Assembly (NCBI GenBank): GCA_021772705.1 | Contig: JAJFLN010000763.1 | Coordinates: forward strand, 1-41,262 | Source of the DNA: Candidatus Cloacimonadota bacterium | GTDB taxonomy: Bacteria > Muiribacteriota > UBA6191 > JACPRK01 | Direction: 5' to 3' | DNA length: 41,262 nt | Shown here: positions 36,364 to 41,262 of the stretch, one piece after another | How the letters are laid out: each line of letters opens with the position of its first letter | Position numbering within the stretch: the first letter of the stretch is position 1 | Notes under the pieces: generated by a model | The model's input: the letters and a program-made list of their open reading frames with translations, nothing else | Databases searched by the model: none | What the model was told of the DNA's origin: nothing | Made by a program: the position numbers and the translations under genes

Positions 36364-36782
36364 GTGGGTACTCGGGCGGGCATGAGGTCCCTGGCGGTGG
36401 CGCATTCGGCCCCGGCGAGCGAACGGGGGGCACCGACGCTCGAGCAGGTCGCGAGTCCGGCGAATCTGTACGCTGCATGGGAGCGAGTCCGGGACAACGA
36501 TGGAGCGCCGGGTCCGGACCGGGTGACCGTCGATGCCTACGGCTGGTTTGTTTCCCTCCGTCTCTGGTGGCTGAGGAGTCTGCTGGTCACCCGCTTCTAC
36601 CGTCCGGGACCGCTCCGAGCGGTGTTCATCCCGAAGAAGGACGGCGGGACCCGGAGGCTAGACATACCCTCGATCCGGGACCGGGTTGTCGGAACGGCAC
36701 TGAACCAGGCCCTGACGCCGATGTATGAGCGGCGTTTCCTGTCGAGCAGCCACGGTTACCGTCCCGGCCGCGGGGTTGAGAC
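36364..36782 (+). pseudogene. group II intron-type reverse transcriptase, N-terminal segment (interrupted by an IS insertion)
   Basis: RT domains 0-2: LEQVASPANLYAAWERVRDNDGAPGPDRV, FIPKKDGGTRRLDIPSIRDRVVGTALNQAL, HGYRPGRGVET. The frame is broken at 36783 by the IS. Confidence 0.65.
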
Positions 36783-38561
36783 CAGCCGCGACGGAACTCG
36801 CATGGTCGACTTGAGGCTCTGGAAGCGACAACTGGCGATTCAGTAGGCATGGTAGAACTGGTGAATGCCTATCTACAAGCCAGGAGTCGAGGTTAGTCAG
36901 GTCTTCCTGAAGTACGATCATCCCGCGAGAAGCTGTCCGCTCGATGGGGAGCCTCTCGTGTATTCACACCAGAGTTCTGGTCGTCGGATCTTCCGGTTGT
37001 CTGGACCGGTCGATGTGACATCGCAGACGGTGTACTGTAGTCGGGGTCGCTGTCCCTTGCGCCGAGTGGTGCTTCATCCTGCCGCTGAGCTGGCGTTGGC
37101 GCCAAGGGGCTCTCGTCTTGGCAGCGACGTGATAGGACGGATCGGGCAGATGAAGATCGGAAGGAACCTGAAGCGTGCGGAGGTACGAGAGCGTCTTTGG
37201 GATGAGCAAGGGCTGCTGGTCAGCGAGAGCAGCATCCAGAGCGCCGCCGAGTTGTACGCAGCGCTTGTGGAACTGGCCAACCTTGAGGATCCCGAGCTGA
37301 TCGCGGAGCTGAAGAAGAACCGAGTTGTCGTCTTGTCAGCCGATGCAGCCAAGCCGATTCGAGGAGATGATTCGGTCTGGTTTGTTCGGGACGTGATCTC
37401 GGGCCGTACACTTGCCGCAGAGGCGCTTTCGAGTAGTCGGACCGTGGATCTCAAGGAGTGGCTCAAGCCGGTGAAGGGCTTCCTGAAGCGTCATGGGCTT
37501 CCGATCGGTGGAATCGTGATCGATGCCGAAGCAAACATCCAGGCGGCGATGGAGGAGACGTTCCCGGCTGCCCCGATTCAACTCTGCCAGTTCCACTACG
37601 TTTCGAATCTGGCGAAGCCGCTCGTAGAACACGATCGCGATCTTCGTCGCCAGCTGCAAGAGGGCATGAACGGGGTCCCTCAGCTGGCACGAGAAGTGTC
37701 CGCGCGAGAAGGCAGGGCTCAGGGGCTCTCTGCTGAGCAGTCTTCCATTCTGGGTGAACTGCTGCGCGGGCTGCGTTCGGTGCTCAAGGACAACGGCAAG
37801 TCGCCCTACAAGCCGGGAGGCCTCCGCATGTATGACCGGTTGCTGGAGGCGGAGAAGGCAGTCAAGGCGATGCGAAGGCGCTACAAGCAGGCGGTCTTAC
37901 TCGACCTGCAGAAACTCCTCGGCGTCGTCCGAAGGCTACGGCATCAAGCCGAGTGGCTGCGGGAGTTCTACCAGGCAGTCTGGGCGATGAGTGACACGCT
38001 CTTCTCCGACAATGCCACGGGGACTGGTGTGCGTGGAAAGGTGCAAGAGCTCAAGGGAGCCTGGGATGATCGACTGGGCCGCTTCGGTCGCCTGAACCCG
38101 GAGCACCCTGCCGTGCAAGTCCTCGAGAGGTGGGAAACCACCACAGACAACTACGGGGACAGGCTCTTCACCACCTACAGTCACCCGCATCTGCCAAGAA
38201 CGAACAACGCGATGGAGCAGGCTATCTCGTCATTGAAGCAACTCACTCGAGCGGTGTCAGGAAGCCCGAATCCAGCCGTCCGATTCAAACGACAGGGCGC
38301 CACGTACGCCTACTTTCTGAATCGGAAGACATCGCCGGGCGAGAAGTTCATTGCCAGCCGAAAGAAGCGAGACTTCGACCTGGCGCGGAGGCTGCTGGCA
38401 GCACGTCGCCGAGAACGAAGCATTGAGCACCGTGCCCGACGAGACTTCTCCTCGCTCCTCGACCAGCTCCAGAAAGACTTTGACGCTTGTGACCCACCCC
38501 AATGATCCGCGACTTCTCAGCAACGAAACGCATTCACGAACGCATGAGTTCCGTCGTGGCT
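36783..38561 (+). mobile_element. single-ORF DDE insertion sequence (family unassigned; ISL3- or IS4-like features)
   Basis: Imperfect terminal inverted repeats: cAGCCgCGACGGAACTCgcATG on the left, against the reverse complement of ...catgagttccgtcgtggct on the right. Flanked by 9-bp direct repeats GGTTGAGAC at 36774-36782 and 38562-38570. Removing the IS and one repeat copy restores a continuous RT frame. Confidence 0.65.
36865..38505 (+). CDS. DDE-type transposase
   Basis: 546 aa. Acidic-residue catalytic-like blocks: VVVLSADAAKPIRGDDSVWFVRDVISGRTL and GGIVIDAEANIQAAMEETFPAAPIQLCQFHYVSNL. Occupies nearly the whole IS. Confidence 0.6.
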   Translation: MPIYKPGVEVSQVFLKYDHPARSCPLDGEPLVYSHQSSGRRIFRLSGPVDVTSQTVYCSRGRCPLRRVVLHPAAELALAPRGSRLGSDVIGRIGQMKIGRNLKRAEVRERLWDEQGLLVSESSIQSAAELYAALVELANLEDPELIAELKKNRVVVLSADAAKPIRGDDSVWFVRDVISGRTLAAEALSSSRTVDLKEWLKPVKGFLKRHGLPIGGIVIDAEANIQAAMEETFPAAPIQLCQFHYVSNLAKPLVEHDRDLRRQLQEGMNGVPQLAREVSAREGRAQGLSAEQSSILGELLRGLRSVLKDNGKSPYKPGGLRMYDRLLEAEKAVKAMRRRYKQAVLLDLQKLLGVVRRLRHQAEWLREFYQAVWAMSDTLFSDNATGTGVRGKVQELKGAWDDRLGRFGRLNPEHPAVQVLERWETTTDNYGDRLFTTYSHPHLPRTNNAMEQAISSLKQLTRAVSGSPNPAVRFKRQGATYAYFLNRKTSPGEKFIASRKKRDFDLARRLLAARRRERSIEHRARRDFSSLLDQLQKDFDACDPPQ

Positions 38562-38886
38562 GGTTGAGACAGCCCTCCGCCAGATCCGCCGTCACGTCTC
38601 ACTCGGATGGAACTGGGTCCTGGACGCCGATATCCGGTCCTGTTTTCCCTCCATCAGCCATCGGGTGTTACTGCGGCGCCTCTCGGAAGACATTGAGGAC
38701 CCGAGAGTGATTGGGCTCATACGTCGCATGCTGACGGCTTCGATTCCCTGGCTCCCCTGGCTGCTGGGTCGTCGGAGAGGCTGCCCGCAGGGATCTCCTC
38801 TCAGCCCCCTACTTTGCAACCGGATGCTGCACGAGTTCGATGTCCATGCTGCCCAGCGTGGCCTGAAGCTGGTCAGATATGCCGAC
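38562..38886 (+). pseudogene. group II intron-type reverse transcriptase, middle segment (RT domains 3-5), truncated at the YADD motif by the RIT element
   Basis: ALRQIRRHVSLGWNWVLDADIRSCFPSISHRVLLRRL ... GCPQGSPLSPLLCNRMLHEFD ... GLKLVRYAD. The sequence then switches abruptly to the palindrome TTATGTGGATATCCACATAA. Confidence 0.65.
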
Positions 38887-39048
38887 TTATGTGGATATCC
38901 ACATAACTCGACTTATGCCGAGTCGCGAATTATGCCGAGCAGGCGCCGTGATCGCTGTGTCTGCTGGGTTTTCGGCGTGAAAGCTCGGCATAATCCGGCT
39001 GCTTGATCAAGACTCTCTCTTTCATTTCTACGGAAAGGGAGAGTGATC

Positions 39049-40260
39049 ATGAGCAGTCATCCGAGGGTACGAGTCGCTGGGCCGTTGATGACTTTCGCGC
39101 CGGGCTTCGTTGAGAATCTCGTGTCGCGGGGGTATCGGCCGGGATCAGCCGCCGAACAGGTGCGACTGATGTCGGAGGTGAGCCGATGGCTGGCTGAGCG
39201 CAGCCTCGGGGCCGGTGATTTGACAGTGGTCGAGGTCGAGCAGTTTGCGGCTGAACGGCGTGCGTCAGACTGCTCCCGGCTGCGGTCGGTGCGGGGACTG
39301 AGCCCGTTGCTTGACTACTTGCGTGGCTTGGGGGTTGCGCCACTGCCAGCGCCAACCGCGCCGTCGACGCCAGGCGAGGTGCTGGTCGAGAGCTATTCGG
39401 CGTATCTGTTGGAGCAGCGTGGCTTGGCGCCGTCGAGCGTGCGCAACTACGTCGGCGTCGCGCGCGACTTCCTCTCTGATCGAGAGCGAGTCAACGGCGA
39501 GCTGGCGCTGACCGAGTTGGACATGACGGCGGTCAGCGAGTTCGTGCTGCGCGAATCGCAACGCTGTAGCGTCGGCTCGGCGAAGTGCATGGTCACCCGC
39601 CTGCGAGTGTTCCTTCGGTTCTTGCATGTGGCGGGTAAGATCAAACAGGCTCTCGCGGGCGCGGTTCCATCGGTCGCAAGCTGGCGACTGGCGTCATTGG
39701 TGAAGGCGCTTGACGCGCGGTCGGTCGCGCGGCTGCGGGCGAGCTGTGACCGTCGCACCAGGGTTGGGCGTCGGGATTTCGCGATTCTCACGTTGCTCTC
39801 ACGGCTCGGGTTGCGCGCCGGCGAGGTCGCCGCGCTCCGATTCTCCGACCTTGACTGGCGTGCCGGCGAGGTGATGATTCGCGGCAAGGGCAGCCGCCTA
39901 GAGCGACTGCCGCTGCTCGCTGATGTGGGCGAGACGCTGGCCGCCTGGCTATCTCGCGGCCGCCATCGCTGCGGGTCGGTGTTCGTCTTCACGCGCCAGC
40001 GCGCACCGCATGGCGGTCTGTCGTCGGGTGCTATCTCCCAGATCGTGCGACGTGCTTGTCAGCGCGCCGGGCTGCCGATGGTCGGGGCCCATCGCCTGCG
40101 GCACACGGCCGCGACCGAGATGCTTCGCGCCGGCGGGAGCCTGGCCGAGGTCGGCCAAGTGCTGCGCCATCGCGGCCGGGATGTGACCTCGATCTACGCC
40201 AAGGTCGACCGTCTCGCGCTTGCCGCGGTCGTTCAGCCGTGGCCAGGAGGAGCAGCATGA
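39049..40260 (+). CDS. ritA: tyrosine recombinase (first of the trio)
   Basis: AAAGGGAGAG RBS. C-terminal catalytic region AHRLRHTAATEML ... VLRHRGRDVTSIYAKVD (the R..HxxR..Y pattern). The gene symbol is assigned by position in the trio. Confidence 0.65.
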   Translation: MSSHPRVRVAGPLMTFAPGFVENLVSRGYRPGSAAEQVRLMSEVSRWLAERSLGAGDLTVVEVEQFAAERRASDCSRLRSVRGLSPLLDYLRGLGVAPLPAPTAPSTPGEVLVESYSAYLLEQRGLAPSSVRNYVGVARDFLSDRERVNGELALTELDMTAVSEFVLRESQRCSVGSAKCMVTRLRVFLRFLHVAGKIKQALAGAVPSVASWRLASLVKALDARSVARLRASCDRRTRVGRRDFAILTLLSRLGLRAGEVAALRFSDLDWRAGEVMIRGKGSRLERLPLLADVGETLAAWLSRGRHRCGSVFVFTRQRAPHGGLSSGAISQIVRRACQRAGLPMVGAHRLRHTAATEMLRAGGSLAEVGQVLRHRGRDVTSIYAKVDRLALAAVVQPWPGGAA

Positions 40261-41183
40261 GCGCCCTCGCCGAGCAGGTCCAGAACTACCTGCATGTCCG
40301 CCGCGCGCTGGGGTTCAAGCTCATCGGCGAAGGCCAGCTGCTCGCCAATTTCGTCGCATTTGCTGACGCAGCCGGCGAGCGCACCGTTACGACCAGGATC
40401 GCCCTGGAGTGGGCGAGGCTGCCGAGCAGCGGCAGCACCAACTACCTCTCGCGCAGGCTGCGAGCAGTCCGTAGCTTCGCGCGCTATCTGCACGCGGTAG
40501 ATCCCGCTTGCGAGGTGCCGCCGCTGGAGCTGTTGCCCGCGAGCAAGTACCGGCCGACCCCGTATCTCTACCGCGACCAGGAGATCCTCGAGTTGATGGC
40601 GACCGCTCGTCAGCTGTGCCCGCCGTTGCGTGCTGTGACGCTCGAGACGCTGATCGCGCTGCTGGCCTGCACCGGCCTGCGAATCGGCGAAGCAATTCGC
40701 CTGGACCGCGACGACTTCAACCCTCTACTTGGGTTGCTGGTCGTCCGCAAATCGAAGTTCGGCAAATCGCGAGAGGTGCTCTTGCACACGAGCACCGTTC
40801 GCGCGCTGACTGATTACAGCGAGCGTCGTGACCAGCTCTGCCCGGACGCACGGGAGCTCAGCTTCTTCATCACCACTCGCGGAACCAGGCTCAAGCACAC
40901 TACCGTCTATGCGCCGTTCCGCACGCTGCTCAGGCAGGCCAGCATCGAGCATCCATCACCCACCAGGCACGCGCGGATCCATGATTTGCGTCACTCCTTC
41001 GCGATCAAGACGTTGCTTGGCTGGTATCGCGACGGTGGCGATGTCGCAGCGAGGGTGCCGCTACTGTCCACCTACCTCGGTCACGTCGACCCTGCCGCAA
41101 CCTATTGGTATCTGTCCGCGGCGCCGGCGCTGCTTCAGCTCGCCGCCGAGCGCCTCGAATTCGCTACAGGGGGACGATTATGA
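40257..41183 (+). CDS. ritB: tyrosine recombinase (second of the trio)
   Basis: ATGA-coupled. LRHSFAIKTLL ... LGHVDPAATYWYL. Confidence 0.65.
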   Translation: MSALAEQVQNYLHVRRALGFKLIGEGQLLANFVAFADAAGERTVTTRIALEWARLPSSGSTNYLSRRLRAVRSFARYLHAVDPACEVPPLELLPASKYRPTPYLYRDQEILELMATARQLCPPLRAVTLETLIALLACTGLRIGEAIRLDRDDFNPLLGLLVVRKSKFGKSREVLLHTSTVRALTDYSERRDQLCPDARELSFFITTRGTRLKHTTVYAPFRTLLRQASIEHPSPTRHARIHDLRHSFAIKTLLGWYRDGGDVAARVPLLSTYLGHVDPAATYWYLSAAPALLQLAAERLEFATGGRL

Positions 41184-41262
41184 GCGCACTCGCTCCGACC
41201 CTGCAGGCGTTTTTCTCAGATCGGCTCATCAACGAGAAGGGGGCCAGCCAGCACACGATCGC
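41180..41262 (+). CDS. ritC: tyrosine recombinase (third of the trio), N-terminal fragment; continues beyond the window
   Basis: ATGA-coupled. MSALAPTLQAFFSDRLINEKGASQHTI is the typical integrase N-terminal SAM-like region. Confidence 0.55.
   Translation, partial: MSALAPTLQAFFSDRLINEKGASQHTI

Larger units (their letters stand above)
38887..41262 (+). mobile_element. RIT (recombinase-in-trio) element, 5' part. It continues past the window end.
   Basis: Three consecutive overlapping tyrosine recombinase genes. The terminus carries a 20-bp perfect palindrome at 38887-38906 and TTATGCCGAG repeats: two direct (38913-38922 and 38930-38939) and one inverted (38983-38994). Confidence 0.7.

Noticed and set aside
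35344-36385. ORFs 35344..36138 (minus) and 35654..36385 (plus) upstream of the RT
   Set aside because: The region shows nucleotide-level homology to the second intron copy and precedes the RT ORF. So it is more likely group II intron RNA domains than protein-coding.

Overview
This is a GC-rich (roughly 65% GC by eye) bacterial accessory region, and it reads as a cyclic-oligoadenylate (type III CRISPR-like) signalling island that later took on nested mobile-element insertions. No rRNA or tRNA is evident.

Main blocks, 5' to 3':
- (a) 1110-4455: a classic AAA+ ATPase convergent with a Csm6/Csx1-family CARF-HEPN protein.
- (b) 4867-9497, minus strand: a five-gene translationally coupled operon of unknowns that includes a receiver (REC) domain protein.
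- (c) 9822-11053: a Cys-based (HCX5R) phosphatase and a secreted PEGA-domain protein.
- (d) 11299-15770, minus strand: a HerA/TraD-like P-loop ATPase overlapping a ClpA/B-like double-AAA+ protein whose Walker motifs are degenerate.
- (e) 16462-20863: an ECF sigma factor followed by a protein I read as CARF + DHp + HATPase_c (a CARF-sensor histidine kinase), then a membrane-anchored protein and an SPFH/Band-7 protein.
- (f) 21873-29496: a tightly coupled six-gene operon. It encodes a compact Cas10/mCpol-like palm (GDD cyclase) protein without an HD domain, four RAMP proteins carrying five RAMP domains (one gene is a Cas7-Cas7 fusion), and a small protein. I see no Cas6, Cas1 or Cas2, and no bona fide CRISPR array.
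- (g) 29640-29990: a 5' fragment of a group II intron.
- (h) 31569-34878: five co-directional secreted proteins, two with PEGA domains.
- (i) 35382-35476: a two-copy 23-nt direct repeat, which could be a vestigial CRISPR-like repeat pair.
- (j) 35990-41262: a second group II intron copy. Its RT ORF is broken first by a single-ORF DDE insertion sequence (36783-38561, flanked by GGTTGAGAC target duplications) and then, at the YADD motif, by a RIT element (three overlapping tyrosine recombinases) that runs off the window end.

Every functional call comes from motif-level reading of the supplied translations. None has been checked against a database.
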